Shown here piece after piece: positions 12,931 through 25,499 of a stretch of DNA of 64,000 nucleotides. The notes under the pieces were generated by a model. It was not told the origin of the DNA and searched no databases. It worked only from the letters and a program-made list of their open reading frames with translations. Source of the DNA: Tubulanus polymorphus (taxonomy: Eukaryota > Animalia > Nemertea); contig NC_134027.1 in the NCBI RefSeq assembly GCF_964204645.1, positions 15,594,485-15,658,484 on the forward strand, read 5' to 3'. A program made the position numbers and the translations under genes. Position 1 is the stretch's first letter. The number at the start of each line of letters is the position of its first letter.

Positions 12931-13349
12931 CTTCGCTACCGCTCCGCTCCGCGACGAATTGATTTATTTACAATACACAAATTCATATAATCAAATATAT
13001 TTTAATAATAATAATTATTCTATTATTCAACTGAAATACACACGGTTATGAAAATATATTATAGTTTTAAATTACTTTTAATATTTGTTTTTAATGAACT
13101 CGACCATTCAACCTTTAACCTGAAAGCCCATTACCCCTATTACTCTTAAAATAATCATGTACATGAATAACATTTAAATTGACAGATTATTCAATATAAA
13201 AGTATATATTTACAACATTATTTCAATATTCATATTTGTATGAGTTAGATTTTTAAACATTAAAAGTGTTAGTAAAGTGTGATTGAAATAATACATATTT
13301 AAATCATTGAACTTCTAAAATCAATTTTAATAAAAAATTTAGTATTAAA

Positions 13350-16300
13350 ATGGAAGCAAATAAGTACTACTGTCCAACATGTAATATCAATATAGATAAA
13401 TCCCAAAAATCAAGACACAATAAAACTAAAACACATTTAGAGAATAAATTGAAATTAGAATATAAAGATGATATATTAGAAACTAAATTAGAATAATTTA
13501 AGAATGAAAAAGAAACATATAAATGTGATACATGTAATCAATCATTCAGTGATAAAAGATATTATAATGAACATTTAAAATCTAAAAGTCATATTAGAAA
13601 TATGAATAATGATATTTTAGGTGAGGATTATTTTGATAATGACAATGATAAGAAACATAAGACAATTAAAAGAATAAGAAATAAATTAAACAATAAAAGA
13701 CCATACATGGAAGATGTAAGAAATTATATTAATTCATTAGATAATAAAAAAGATATAGAGATAACCGAAGCATTTAAAAGTGATATCGGTCCAGCAGCTA
13801 TTGAGTTTAAATTTCATAAAGGAAAAACAATAGAAGAAAATAAAAAACATTTAGAAAATATGAAAGAAATAATAAAAATAATTACAGATGTTGAATACCC
13901 TAAAATTAGTATATCAGTTAAAGTAAAGTTTATAAAATCTGAAGATAAACCAATATATAATATTAATTCTCATTCACAACATATTATTTCAAAACAACAT
14001 ATAGATGATAAATTAGATAAATGTTATAATGAAGTAAAAACTAAAATAGAAGAGAAATATTTTGAAGGATCTGGTTTAATATTTGATGAAATAATATTTA
14101 TGACTTTACATGTTTATAACAGAAAATATAATAAGTTAACTAAATCAAAACCAATTGATGAAAATAATGTATCATATTATAAAGAACCAGATATTGAAGC
14201 ATCGAGTTATATCAAACTACCATTTAAAACTAATGCTGTAATAAATGTACAAAATGAAGATGATAAATGTTTTCTATGGGCTATAATAAGTTGCTTACAC
14301 CCAGTTGAAGATTATAATAAACATACTTATAGATTAACAAATTATAAACAATTTGAAAATAATTATAAGATAGATAAGTATCCAGTTATAATTAAAAACA
14401 TCCCAAAAATAGAAAGAGATAATAATATAAAGATAAATGTATTTGATTTAATCAAATTACCAAATACAAAAGGTAACAATATAAAACATTATACATTAGA
14501 ACCTTTATATCTATGAAAAGATTTTGATTCAAACGATGTTATAGATATATTATATTATGAGAGTCATTATATGTGGATTAAACAAATTTATTCTTCAGAA
14601 CAGAAAGTGATCACCATAATAAAATATATCTATGTAGAAAATGTTTACATAAATTCAGTAATGAAAGTACATTATTAAATCATAAACAATTATGTGAAAA
14701 TCATGATTATTGTAAATTAGTTTTACCAAATGAAAAGGATAAAATATTAGAATTCAAAAAATATGATTACAAAAGTACCATTTGTAATATATGGAGATTT
14801 TGAATCATTAAATAAAGAACTAACTGATCAAGATAGAAATGAAATATATTATAAGAGAAAGAAATTAAATTCTAATGAAAATGATTATTCTGAAGAACCA
14901 CCAAAAACAAATACTATTAAAAAGATTCATCAATCAGCTGCTGCTTTCGGGTTATATATAAAATCTGATTATCCAGAACTAATTGAAAGTGAATATTATG
15001 ATTATAGAAATGAAAATGTTATCAATCATTTTTGTGACTTATTAATTGAATATGAAATAAGATTTAGTAAATTATTGAATACAAATATAGAAATTATAAT
15101 GACAGAAGAAGATAAAGAAGCATTTGAGTTTGCAGATAAATGTTATTATTGTGAAAAGATATTTAATTATAAAGATAAAAAAGTAAGAGACCATGATCAT
15201 TTGAATGGAAAGTTTAGAGGCGCTGCACATGAGAATTGTAACTTACAAGCTAAGAAAATTAACTTTGTACCAGTTATATTTCATAATCTATCAGGATTTG
15301 ATGCACATTTATTCATCAAACAATTATGCCATGAAATAGAAGAAATTAATAATGAAATAGAAAGATTAAATTCAAATAGATCAAAAGATAAAATACCAAC
15401 TTATAAATTTAGAATGTTAGCTAAAACATCTGAGAATTATATATCATTCCAATTTGGGTGTTTAAGATTTATAGATTCATATAGATTTTTTAAATAGTTC
15501 ATTAGATAACTTATCAAAATCATTAGTTGATGATGAATTTAAGATATTAAAAGAATATTACCCAAATAATGATGATTTTAAATTAATGAGATATAAAGGA
15601 GCAATTCCATATTCTTTCTATAAAAATCATAATGATTTTAACGTAACTGAATTATTAAAAGAACAATTTTATGATGAATTAAAAAATGAATATGTTAAAG
15701 ATGAAGTATATAATATAACATTTGGAATCATTTCAAAATAGAAAATCATGGGCAATTAGTAGAATTATATCGAAAATCAGATGTATTATTATTAACTGAT
15801 ATATTCGAAAGGTTTAGAGATGTAAACCTAAACTATTTCAATATTGATCCTTGTCATTGTTATTCAAGTCCAGGATTAACATGGGATTGTGGATTAAAAT
15901 TTACAGATATAAAAATGGATTTGTTAACAAATATAGATCAATTACTATTATTTGAAAAATCTATAAGAGGAGGAGTTTCAGGTGTATTGGGGGATAGATA
16001 TTTCAATGTAAATGATAACCCTGGATATAAGTTATTATATATAGATGCAAATAATTTGTATGGTTGGGCAATGATGGAACCACAACCTTATGGAGTATTT
16101 GAATTAACTGAAGTTTTACAGGATGAAATAATGATAAATTTGATTGGAAGAAAAGAATTCTAGATATTGCAGATGATTCAGATACTGGTTACTTCTTTAT
16201 TGTAGATTTAGAATATCCTGAAGATAAAAAATTTAAATCTAGAAATCTAGCATACTGCCCCGAACATAAAACTGTAACACATGAAGAATTATCAAATTAC

Positions 16301-17377
16301 CATAAAAGAATTAAACCCGAAAATCATATTCATACAGAAAAGTTAATGGTAACTCAAGAAGATTAATATAATTATGTAGTACATTATAGAATGTTAAAGT
16401 TTTATTTGAATCAAGGAATGATTATAAAAAAAAGTACATAGATATATTTCATTCAGCCAATCTAAGTGGTTAGAAAAATATATAGATTTTAACACCAAAC
16501 AGAGAACTGAAGCTAAAACTGATTTCGAGAAAGATTTCTTCAAGTTAATGAACAATGCATTCTACGGTAAGACTTGTGAAAATATTAGAAATAGAAATGA
16601 TATTGAGTTAGTCAGTAATGGTAAAAGAATTAGACATTTACAAACATATCCTAAGTTCATTGGCAACAGAATATTTGATGAAAATTTAGCTGCCGTTAAG
16701 ATGAGAAGAACATCAATGAAATTTAATAAACCAATCTATGTTGGTGCTTCAGTTTTAGAATTATCAAAATTACTAATGTATGAATTCTATTATAATGTAT
16801 TACAACCACTTTTTGGAGAAAAACATATAGAAATATTATATTTTGATACCGACAGTTACATATTAAAGATAAAAACTGATAACATAACAGATGATTTAAA
16901 AACATTGAAACATCATTTTGATTTTAGTAACTATCCTAAAGATCATGAATTGTTTAGCAATGATAATAAAAAGTTCCAGGGAAGTTTAAGGATGAATTAG
17001 GTGGTGAAGAAATGATTGAATTCATCGGTATTAGATCTAAAATGTATTCATATAAAACTAAAGAACATGAAGCTAAAAAGTTAAAAGGAATAACCAAAAG
17101 TGTAGTAGAAAAGAATATTCATTTCAAAGATTACATCAATTGTATATTCAATGAAGAAGTTAGAAAACATAAGATAAGATGTTTAAGATCTGAAGATCAT
17201 GAAATGTTTATTGAAGAAATTGAAAAGATAAGTCTAAACCCATTTGTTGATAAAAGATATATTTTAGATGATGGAATTCATACAGTTGCTTATGGTTCTA
17301 GTTTAGATGAATACTTAAAATTTAAAAGAGAAGAAACAAAAGAGAACGAGATAATGAAAAGAATTCTAACGTGTTAA
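13350..17377 (+). pseudogene. polB: P1 protein-primed family B DNA polymerase (pPolB) with N-terminal Zn fingers and an endonuclease-VII-like insert
   Basis: ExoI YGDFES, ExoII FHNLSGFDAH, motif A YIDANNLYG, motif B KLMNNAFYGKT, motif C YFDTDS, and CYYC...RDHDHLNGKFRGAAHENCN. Multiple stops and frameshifts. Confidence 0.93.
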
Positions 17378-17406
17378 TCAAATTTTAATAAAAATATGTT
17401 ATTAAA

Positions 17407-17760
17407 ATCGAGAGTAAACAAGCGCACAGTGAGAACAACAAATTATTTCTAGATAGAATTAAAGATATCACAAATGTAAAATCTGTAGATTATAAATTCA
17501 AAAAGTTAACAGAATTAACAATCCATAAGAAATATCTAATTACAGATATTGTTACAGTTACTAATAACTATGGAGACAAATTAGTTATACACTTAGAATA
17601 TGAAGGATTAAAAGGAAATACGTATAAATTCCGAACATATTTACCGGATAGATTTCATAGATTATCAAGTGAAGATTTAGAAGAATTATGTTCTGGTGAT
17701 TTCTATTTCGTATACAAAGGTAAGAATGAAAAAGGGCACCATGAAATAGATTTCAAATAA
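17407..17760 (+). pseudogene. Small conserved Polinton protein (possible OB-fold ssDNA-binding protein); start codon mutated to ATC
   Basis: Open 117-codon frame missed by the ORF track (FKKLTEL...YGDKLVIHL...FRTYLPDRF...YKGKNEKGHHEIDF), homologous to 61384-61710. The fold assignment is inference. Confidence 0.6.
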
Positions 17761-17777
17761 GAAAATATGTAAAATAA

Positions 17778-18533
17778 ATGGCGGAATTAAAAGAATACAG
17801 AATATTTGTTGATTCAAGAAAACTTACTAATTATAAATCTCATAATTTACTAGTTCAATTAGATAGAGAATTTAAGAATTGTGTAGATTTAAAATTAGTT
17901 AATATAAGTTTATGTAATTCTTTTTATAATATAACGGATAAAACTATTGAAGATAATACTTTTTTAATTCATATTGGAAATGTAGATAAATGGTTTCATA
18001 TAATTTTAAAACCAGGATTATATAATTTAGAAACATTAGCCCAAGAAATTAATCGAAGAGCACGGTTGAAAATTAGAAGAGATGATAAATTTTCAATTAG
18101 ATTTATAAAAAAGTGATAGCACAAATAAAATTAAAATAAAGGTATATGATGAAAGTCAACATGCATTTATGGTAAAAAAAAAACCATTAGCCAAATTGCT
18201 AGGAATTGCACCAGATACTGTTACAGGAAACATAGATGGTAATTCAAATATAATACCTTTTACACACTTTTATATTTATTGCAATTTAATCGAGCCTACA
18301 AAAACTTTCGAAGCAACTAAAGAAACAATTTTTAGTTCTAGTATACTAAATATTTTACCGCTAAAAAATGTTAAACAATTTGGAACTCAAATAAATTATA
18401 ATTTAACAGAATGTGATTTTAAACCTTGCATTCCTAAATATAATAATTTTAAATTAGAAATCATAATGGTTATTTAATTGATTTGAATAACTTTCCTGTG
18501 ATATATGAATTAGTTATAAGATGTAAAGAGTAA
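17778..18533 (+). pseudogene. P1 minor capsid (penton) protein, frameshifted
   Basis: RIFVDSR, SFYNIT, LKPGLYN, FYIYCNLI and LIDLNNFPVIYEL follow the penton pattern; intact homolog at 51146-51901. Confidence 0.75.
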
Positions 18534-18549
18534 TTTTTTCACTATAGAA

Positions 18550-18906
18550 ATGAATATAACTGTTGGGCCGAGTATATGTTTTGGGTTTGATTTTAAACAT
18601 GAGAAAGAAATGAAATTTAACGTTAATGATGTAATTACACATATCAAAAATATTACATTTTCTAATGAAACAACATTTGAGTATGAAACAACAATAGATA
18701 AAGAAACTTTAAATGTAGAAAAGATTACTAATTTAATTAGAGAATCTTTAAGATTTTATGAATTAGATGAAGATTTTATCATCGATGATATTACAAAAAT
18801 AATAATTGAAATATATACAAATGAAACTAGTAATGAAATAAATGTTGATTTAATCATCACTAAGATAACTAAATATTTTGATGATAGTAATTTTTTTGAT
18901 AAATAA
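18550..18906 (+). CDS. Conserved hypothetical Polinton protein
   Basis: 118-aa ORF with homologs at 51918-52274 and 62447-62812. Confidence 0.75.
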   Translation: MNITVGPSICFGFDFKHEKEMKFNVNDVITHIKNITFSNETTFEYETTIDKETLNVEKITNLIRESLRFYELDEDFIIDDITKIIIEIYTNETSNEINVDLIITKITKYFDDSNFFDK

Positions 18907-19128
18907 ATGAGTGATAATAAGTGGATAATAACTGGATTATATAATGGAGCATTACTATCAGTTGGAACTGTTGGTTATTCAATGGTATTAAAAAAAGTAT
19001 TTAAAATGGGAAGTGTTAATGTTGATAGATTTGATATAAATGATATTTTAAAATTAACATTAGCAGTTACTTTACCTAATTTAACTATTGATTATTTAGA
19101 AAAACAAAAATATATTCCTCCCATATAA
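18907..19128 (+). CDS. Small hydrophobic Polinton protein
   Basis: 73-aa ORF with a TAAATG start; homologs at 52275-52496 and 62247-62468. Confidence 0.75.
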   Translation: MSDNKWIITGLYNGALLSVGTVGYSMVLKKVFKMGSVNVDRFDINDILKLTLAVTLPNLTIDYLEKQKYIPPI

Positions 19129-19152
19129 ATGCATAATTTTTTTGCTAAATAA

Positions 19153-19575
19153 ATGGCTTCTGCAATTATAGCTATTATAGGATCGGCAATTGTTAACGCT
19201 TTAGCATTTACTGGTGGTGGTTATTTATTTAAGCATATTGATAAAAATGGATCATTAACAGAACAAAAAAGACATAACTTAGCATTAGAGAAATACAATA
19301 AAGCAGCTGAAGAATACAGAGAAAAACGACAAAACTATATGGATTACATCAATAAAGAATTATATGATCAGAAGATTTCACACAGAGATTTTCAATCAGT
19401 TGATGATGCAATGAGTTTATATAACGCGGTAACCAAGAAAGAAAAATTACATCTATACAAACCTAAATTATCAGATTATTATACCTCAAGTAATGAACAG
19501 AAGAAATATGAAATAATATGGATTTTAGGCGGAACTAATATTGTTATATTTGTTGCTTATAAGTTTACTAATTAG
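19153..19575 (+). CDS. Putative virion membrane protein (hydrophobic N- and C-termini)
   Basis: MASAIIAIIGSAIVNALAFTGGGYLF...EQKRHNLALEKY; homolog at 52497-52820. Confidence 0.75.
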   Translation: MASAIIAIIGSAIVNALAFTGGGYLFKHIDKNGSLTEQKRHNLALEKYNKAAEEYREKRQNYMDYINKELYDQKISHRDFQSVDDAMSLYNAVTKKEKLHLYKPKLSDYYTSSNEQKKYEIIWILGGTNIVIFVAYKFTN

Positions 19576-19593
19576 TAATTTTTTTCTAAATAA

Positions 19594-20028
19594 ATGGAAG
19601 ATAAAATTGATAGTATTGATATCATTCCTCATGATATAAATAAAACTAAATTAAACATATATTTAGAAAAACAAATATTAGAATTTGAAAGTGACTTAAA
19701 GATAAAAAAGAAAAAATATCTAAAAAGTAAAATTATATATTATCTTATTATCAGTGGTTCGGTTACAATTAGTTCTGTGATAACATTTCTAGCAATATTC
19801 AGTCCATTAACACCTTCAGCTATATCAATTGGTGTGTTAGGATTAAGTTCAAGTGTTTTAACCGGTATAAGTTCAAAATTAAATATAAAAAGTAATAAAG
19901 AAAAAATTAAAACTAATATAAAAGAAATTAATAGATTAAAGAATACACTAGATTATATAATAAGTTTAAATGGCCATATAACAGTTGAAGAACAAGATAA
20001 ATTATTAAAAGAATTAATAAATTATTAA
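19594..20028 (+). CDS. Two-TM membrane protein
   Basis: Central hydrophobic hairpin; near-identical homolog at 52839-53273. Confidence 0.75.
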   Translation: MEDKIDSIDIIPHDINKTKLNIYLEKQILEFESDLKIKKKKYLKSKIIYYLIISGSVTISSVITFLAIFSPLTPSAISIGVLGLSSSVLTGISSKLNIKSNKEKIKTNIKEINRLKNTLDYIISLNGHITVEEQDKLLKELINY

Positions 20029-20044
20029 TTTTTTAATTATATAA

Positions 20045-21370
20045 ATGGTAGATAGTTTTCCAAAAGCTTTCCAATATAATAAATCAATTAAATATAATAT
20101 TCCTGCAATAGATTTTAATAAAGATATTACATATAGAAATGAAGTTTTAGATTCATTAACTGATTTATATATTTATGTTACTGAAAGTAATAATTTTTAT
20201 GTAAAGATGGAAAATATATTTCATGTGTATACAATTAATTTCAAAAATTTAAATGAGGCAAAACAATGGTTATTAAAATCTAATATGAAGTATTGGCAGA
20301 ACCAATTAAATTGTGCTGTTTATTGCGCAACAATAGGATGTGGAATTAGTTGGAATGATCATTTAAACAAACCAAGTTTACCATTGATGTTATCACTTTT
20401 TAGATTTCATACTTATTTTCAAATAAAATTAATATTAGATGAATTAGAATGTCCTTTACCAGGTTCAAAATATTTTAAAGAATTGAATAATAATATTAAT
20501 TTTTCTAAGTTTTATAAAATATGTAATGAATTTAATATTAATTCAAATAAAGATTTTAGAGCAAAAATTGGAACAATGGGTGGATTAAGAATATTATATA
20601 CTAAAGAATTTGGAAAAATAATGACAAATTCAGATATAAGAACACTAAATTGGAATGAATTACCAAAATATTATAATAATATACAACAACAAAATAATAA
20701 TGGTTGGGTTAATTTCATTTTAGAAAATAGTGAAGGTTTTACTAAAGCTGGTATACAAAGAATAAATCAATCTATTAGAACTTATTTGATATGTATTTTA
20801 GGTGCGCAAGTTGAAACAAGATCCCCAATAATTGGAAATGATAACACTTCATTCGATGCGCAGAAACAATTCAAAGTATTATTTGAAGACTCAATTCATA
20901 ATGATAAAAATAGATCGATTCCAGAAAACATTGTAAGATATCAAAATTATTTAGATAAATCACATATTAGATTAAATTATTGTATAGGTCCTAATCTATT
21001 TATTATTTCTAATGATTTAGTATTAAAGATCGGAAACATAATTGGTTACAATAATCTAATTAAAACTGCAACAATAAATAATTCATTTGGATTAAATGAT
21101 ATAAATAAAAAGATTATGACTGCTCCAAAATTAATGGAAGGTGAAAAAAATAAAAAACACATTCAATCAACAGAAACTAAAACTAAGAATATTAAATTAA
21201 ATAATGATTCTAAAATAAAAGATTACAATACATCAGAAAATATAAAAACTGATAATATTCAACATGATATAATTAAACTGAATGATGATAATAAATCCCA
21301 TGAAAATACTAAATTAGCTTTAACTTGTATAGGAATTGTAATCGGAGGAATATTATATTTTAAATTTTAA
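20045..21370 (+). CDS. Conserved Polinton protein with C-terminal TM anchor (putative structural)
   Basis: 441-aa ORF with a WQNQLNxAVYCATxGCG motif; homolog at 53290-54678. Confidence 0.8.
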   Translation: MVDSFPKAFQYNKSIKYNIPAIDFNKDITYRNEVLDSLTDLYIYVTESNNFYVKMENIFHVYTINFKNLNEAKQWLLKSNMKYWQNQLNCAVYCATIGCGISWNDHLNKPSLPLMLSLFRFHTYFQIKLILDELECPLPGSKYFKELNNNINFSKFYKICNEFNINSNKDFRAKIGTMGGLRILYTKEFGKIMTNSDIRTLNWNELPKYYNNIQQQNNNGWVNFILENSEGFTKAGIQRINQSIRTYLICILGAQVETRSPIIGNDNTSFDAQKQFKVLFEDSIHNDKNRSIPENIVRYQNYLDKSHIRLNYCIGPNLFIISNDLVLKIGNIIGYNNLIKTATINNSFGLNDINKKIMTAPKLMEGEKNKKHIQSTETKTKNIKLNNDSKIKDYNTSENIKTDNIQHDIIKLNDDNKSHENTKLALTCIGIVIGGILYFKF

Positions 21371-21385
21371 TTTTTTATTATGTAA

Positions 21386-22968
21386 ATGGCAGAAGGTGGA
21401 GAAGATCATGAAATGGAAGGCATGGGAAATAATAATGAAGGATATATTGATGATGATGATTATAATGATGCAGAAACTAATATTGATGATGGTAATGAAT
21501 CAGCATATAATTCTAATTTAGCAGATAGTGGTTCTAAAGCCCCATCAACAGATGAATTTGATAGAAGAACTAGATCGAGAATACCTCCTGAAAATTTAAA
21601 TCAAGGTTTTTTAAGACAAGATTTAGAATATAATAAAATTATTTATAAATTCAAACCTGTATTTGAAAGATCTGGGTATAATATAAGTGATAGAGATGCT
21701 GAACTTTTAGTAGAAAATTGAAAACTTTTTAAAGGTAAATATTATTATCATTTGGATGGTGATTATTATATTGATATCACTAATCAAAGGACAAAACTAA
21801 ATAAAATATTAGCGGAATCAACTTTGAAAAATTTAGAAACATTTAGAATTAAGAGAATAAGTAATAGTAATGAAATAACTGATGTTAGACAAGAAGAAAG
21901 AGATGATAATATAACAGAATTTAGTGAAAGAATTGATGACTTATTAAAAATAATCAATAAAAATTCAGATACAGAAATGGAAGAGTATAGAGATCGATTA
22001 GATAAATTAAGATCTTCAACGCCCGAAACATCGAGAAGAGATATTCAACAAATTGATAATGATTCAAGTCAATTACAATTAGTAAAACATTTTGATAACA
22101 TGTTAGATACAGTTCATTCATTTGAAGAAGAGATGAATAGTGTTTTAGATACGCCCGGTGCTGAAACTGGAATAAATCGAATACAATCTTTACTAGAAAA
22201 AAGATTATTTGATTTAACTGATGATGAATTAGAAGCATTTCCTGAACAAACACGTAGAGAAATTAAAGGTATGCAAGAATCGGCTGATAAAATTGCGCAT
22301 GAAAAAAGTAAAAGAGATATTAAAATTAGAACTTTAGAAAAAGAATTAACTGATAAAAATAAAGAAATAGAACAACTAAAATTAGATAGAGATAATAAAG
22401 TTATTGAAGAAATCGAATTTAAAAAAAGAAATGCATATTTAGAAAAAGAAAAAGATGATTTAGAATATAACATAGAATTACAAAAAGAAGAAATTAAATT
22501 ATTATTAAAATCATATGATTATAATATAAATAGATTAAAAGTTATTTTTAAAGATTTGTTGATAAAACCAGATTCTAAAATATCATTGAAAGATAGAATA
22601 AATTAGAAGGAATAACAATTCTTTCAATTCTAACAGCTGTAACTATGTTATTTACAACAATTGGTTTAGCAATATCAAATGCTTTAAAATCTACTCCTAC
22701 TCTCAATAAACCAGATAAACCCCCGAATGATAATAATTCTATACAAGTTAAAGTTAAGGATGGTTTAAAGAAATTAGCAAAATATTTATGGGAACTATCT
22801 AAAAAATCTGCTGCAGCATTACCAGGAATTATTGCATCAATTGTTGGTTTTATATTGAAATCTGCAGGAAACATAATTAACTTTGCTGCTGAACATATTA
22901 TTTTATTTTTAATTACAGTTGTAAGTGCTATTATTTTTGGGTTAGTAAACATGATAAAAAATAAATAA
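21386..22968 (+). pseudogene. Acidic/coiled-coil protein with C-terminal TM segments (broken into three ORFs)
   Basis: In-frame TGA at 21719-21 and a small deletion near 22600; colinear with 54695-56152. Confidence 0.75.
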
Positions 22969-22984
22969 TTAATTTTTTAAATAA

Positions 22985-24232
22985 ATGAGTGGGAGTTATA
23001 TCAATCCTTCTAAGAATCATAGAATATCTAATGCTATTAAAGCAGAAAGATCACATCATATAATTACACATACTCCTTCTAACATTAATCCTGATGAAAC
23101 TTTATATGTTAGAATCCCTCGATTAAAACAAAATACTTTTTACGTTCCAAATAGTATTTATTTATCTGCCTATATAAAAGTAATCGGTAATAATAATAAT
23201 TATGTTGTTGATAATGTTGGAAGATATTTGATTAAAAAATTAACTATAAAGATTGGCCCAGAAACAGTTTTCTCATTAGATGATTATAATTTATTTATGC
23301 ATTATAAAGATTTATGGTTAACTAAAGAAAATAGAAATAATATGATATTTCAAGGAATCCATTCAGAAAACCAAAATAAATTTAGATCAGAAGCACATAA
23401 TGCAATATTAACTAATGCTGTAGATAAATTGATAAAAAGTATATATGGAAGCAAATATAAAATTCCATTAGACTTTGAATTGATAAATAACAATGCACCT
23501 TTATATAAATACGCAATTCAAGAAGACGTTATATTCGAAATAACATTTGCTCCTGTAACTGAAATTGTAATATCTAGCGTTAATAAAGATATGAGTTATA
23601 AATTATCGAATATATGTTTAGAATATGATACAGTAACTGATGAAAATATTTCAAGTATAATTCAAACTAAATACAATCAAGGATTTTCATTATTATATGA
23701 TTATATTGATAAATTTAAAACTGTAACTATTAATGCAAATGATGAAATTATTAATGAGAATATTAACTTCCCAAGAAGATCTATTAAAGGTATATTAATA
23801 TTTTTTACCATTGCAACATATACTAATGGTGCAATAAATGTTGATAATTATTATAATCCTGAAATAACAAAAGTAGAAATAACTATCGAAGGAATAGCAA
23901 ATAAAATATTTTGTCAAGGAATGAGAATGATTGATCAATGGCCAGAAATTAGAAAACATTTTATGAATGAAAAAGTGAAATCATCTGAAAATTGTAATAT
24001 TAATCAAATTGATTATTATACCGGTAATAAATATGCATTATGGTTAGATTTTAGAACAACAGAGGATAATTCATTACATGGTTCTGGAAAAAAATTACAA
24101 AACACTAAAGATGGAATACAATTATTCATGACAAAGAATAAAGGAATCAAAAATTTCAAAATGCACATTTATATTATATCTGACGCGCAATTAAATATTG
24201 TAAATTCTCAATTGAATAGTGTTATGTATTAA
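22985..24232 (+). CDS. P1 major capsid protein (double jelly-roll, putative)
   Basis: Intact 415-aa beta-rich ORF at the end of the structural block. Highly conserved with 56177-57424; size and position are as expected for a Polinton major capsid protein. Confidence 0.75.
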   Translation: MSGSYINPSKNHRISNAIKAERSHHIITHTPSNINPDETLYVRIPRLKQNTFYVPNSIYLSAYIKVIGNNNNYVVDNVGRYLIKKLTIKIGPETVFSLDDYNLFMHYKDLWLTKENRNNMIFQGIHSENQNKFRSEAHNAILTNAVDKLIKSIYGSKYKIPLDFELINNNAPLYKYAIQEDVIFEITFAPVTEIVISSVNKDMSYKLSNICLEYDTVTDENISSIIQTKYNQGFSLLYDYIDKFKTVTINANDEIINENINFPRRSIKGILIFFTIATYTNGAINVDNYYNPEITKVEITIEGIANKIFCQGMRMIDQWPEIRKHFMNEKVKSSENCNINQIDYYTGNKYALWLDFRTTEDNSLHGSGKKLQNTKDGIQLFMTKNKGIKNFKMHIYIISDAQLNIVNSQLNSVMY

Positions 24233-24264
24233 AATTTTAACTTTAATAAAAATTTATATAATAA

Positions 24265-25104
24265 ATGGAAGGTAAAGTATATAAACATATTCCATACATC
24301 GATACACATGAAAATAATGATGGTTTATATTATGTAATACCTTGTAATATAGCTTTGATATTTGATCCTATTTTCAAAATTTATAAAACTAAACTAATAG
24401 AAATCGATAATAATAAAAGTGGTGTTGTTGATAATTTAAGTAATGTAATACCTTCTACATCTAATAATGTAATACCTACTACATCTAATAATGTAATACC
24501 TACTACATCTAATAATGTAATACCTTCTACATCTAATAATGTAATACCTTCTACATCTAATAATGTAATACCTTTTACATCTAATAATGAAATAATATTA
24601 AATGTTAGTGAAAATAGAAATTATTGTGGATATTGTAAAAGTGAATTTTCAAACGCTACATCAAATTGGAATAAAAATATGAATACAAGGGTACATATAA
24701 ATAATGTTATAGAACGTGTTGGTTTAAAAGAATTTATAGAACACCCATTTAGATATGTTACAAAGTTTGTTTCAAATCAAAAAGTAAATGGTGAAAAAAT
24801 ATATGAAGATTTATTATTAGCAACACCTAATAAAGATGAATTAGATCTAACCGATGCTAATGAAATATTAGGATCAAACACTGTAAATGAAATATTAGGA
24901 GCAAACACTAATAAAGATTCTATGAAACATAAAGTAGAAAATAATGATAAATTTGATTGGATGAATAAGCATAACAATGAAACAACTATTAATGATGCGG
25001 TAAAAAGGATGAAGAATAAGTATAAAAATAATAAAGAATTTGAAGAAGAAAATTCGGTAGAGAATTTGAATAAATTGTTAGTGTCTGATAGTGAAAGAGA
25101 TTAA
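24265..25104 (+). CDS. P1-specific hypothetical protein with 24-bp tandem repeats and a degenerate Zn finger
   Basis: (NNVIPS/TTS) repeated ~6 times at ~24440-24595, plus YCGYC...H; TAAATG start. Confidence 0.65.
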   Translation: MEGKVYKHIPYIDTHENNDGLYYVIPCNIALIFDPIFKIYKTKLIEIDNNKSGVVDNLSNVIPSTSNNVIPTTSNNVIPTTSNNVIPSTSNNVIPSTSNNVIPFTSNNEIILNVSENRNYCGYCKSEFSNATSNWNKNMNTRVHINNVIERVGLKEFIEHPFRYVTKFVSNQKVNGEKIYEDLLLATPNKDELDLTDANEILGSNTVNEILGANTNKDSMKHKVENNDKFDWMNKHNNETTINDAVKRMKNKYKNNKEFEEENSVENLNKLLVSDSERD

Positions 25105-25499
25105 AATATTAATTATATTTAACACAAATAATAATATTGGTTGAAAATTGTATAAAATAATAGTAAATAAAAAAGGGGGTTTTAAGTATTTAAGGTATTT
25201 AAGGTATCTAATACATATCTAATACAATCTAATACAATCTAATACATAAAATATCTTATTTTATAAACTGATATTCATATGGAAATTGAAACCTCAGTAA
25301 TAATAAATAACCTTTATTATTTTCAAACTTATTCATTTATTAGTTGAAAAAATAAAAATAAATTGGTTGAAAATTGTATAAATAATATTTATTTCAAAAA
25401 AGGGGGTTTTAAGTATTTAAGGTATCTAATAGGGTATCTAATAGGGTATCAGGTATTAGGGTATCTAATAGGGCATCTAATACATAGATATATAAATAG

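Larger units (their letters stand above)
12299..13337 (+). repeat. P1 left TIR (contains a ~430-bp foreign insertion)
   Basis: Near-identical to the reverse complement of 36272-36872 except for the insertion at ~12496-12930. Confidence 0.9.
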
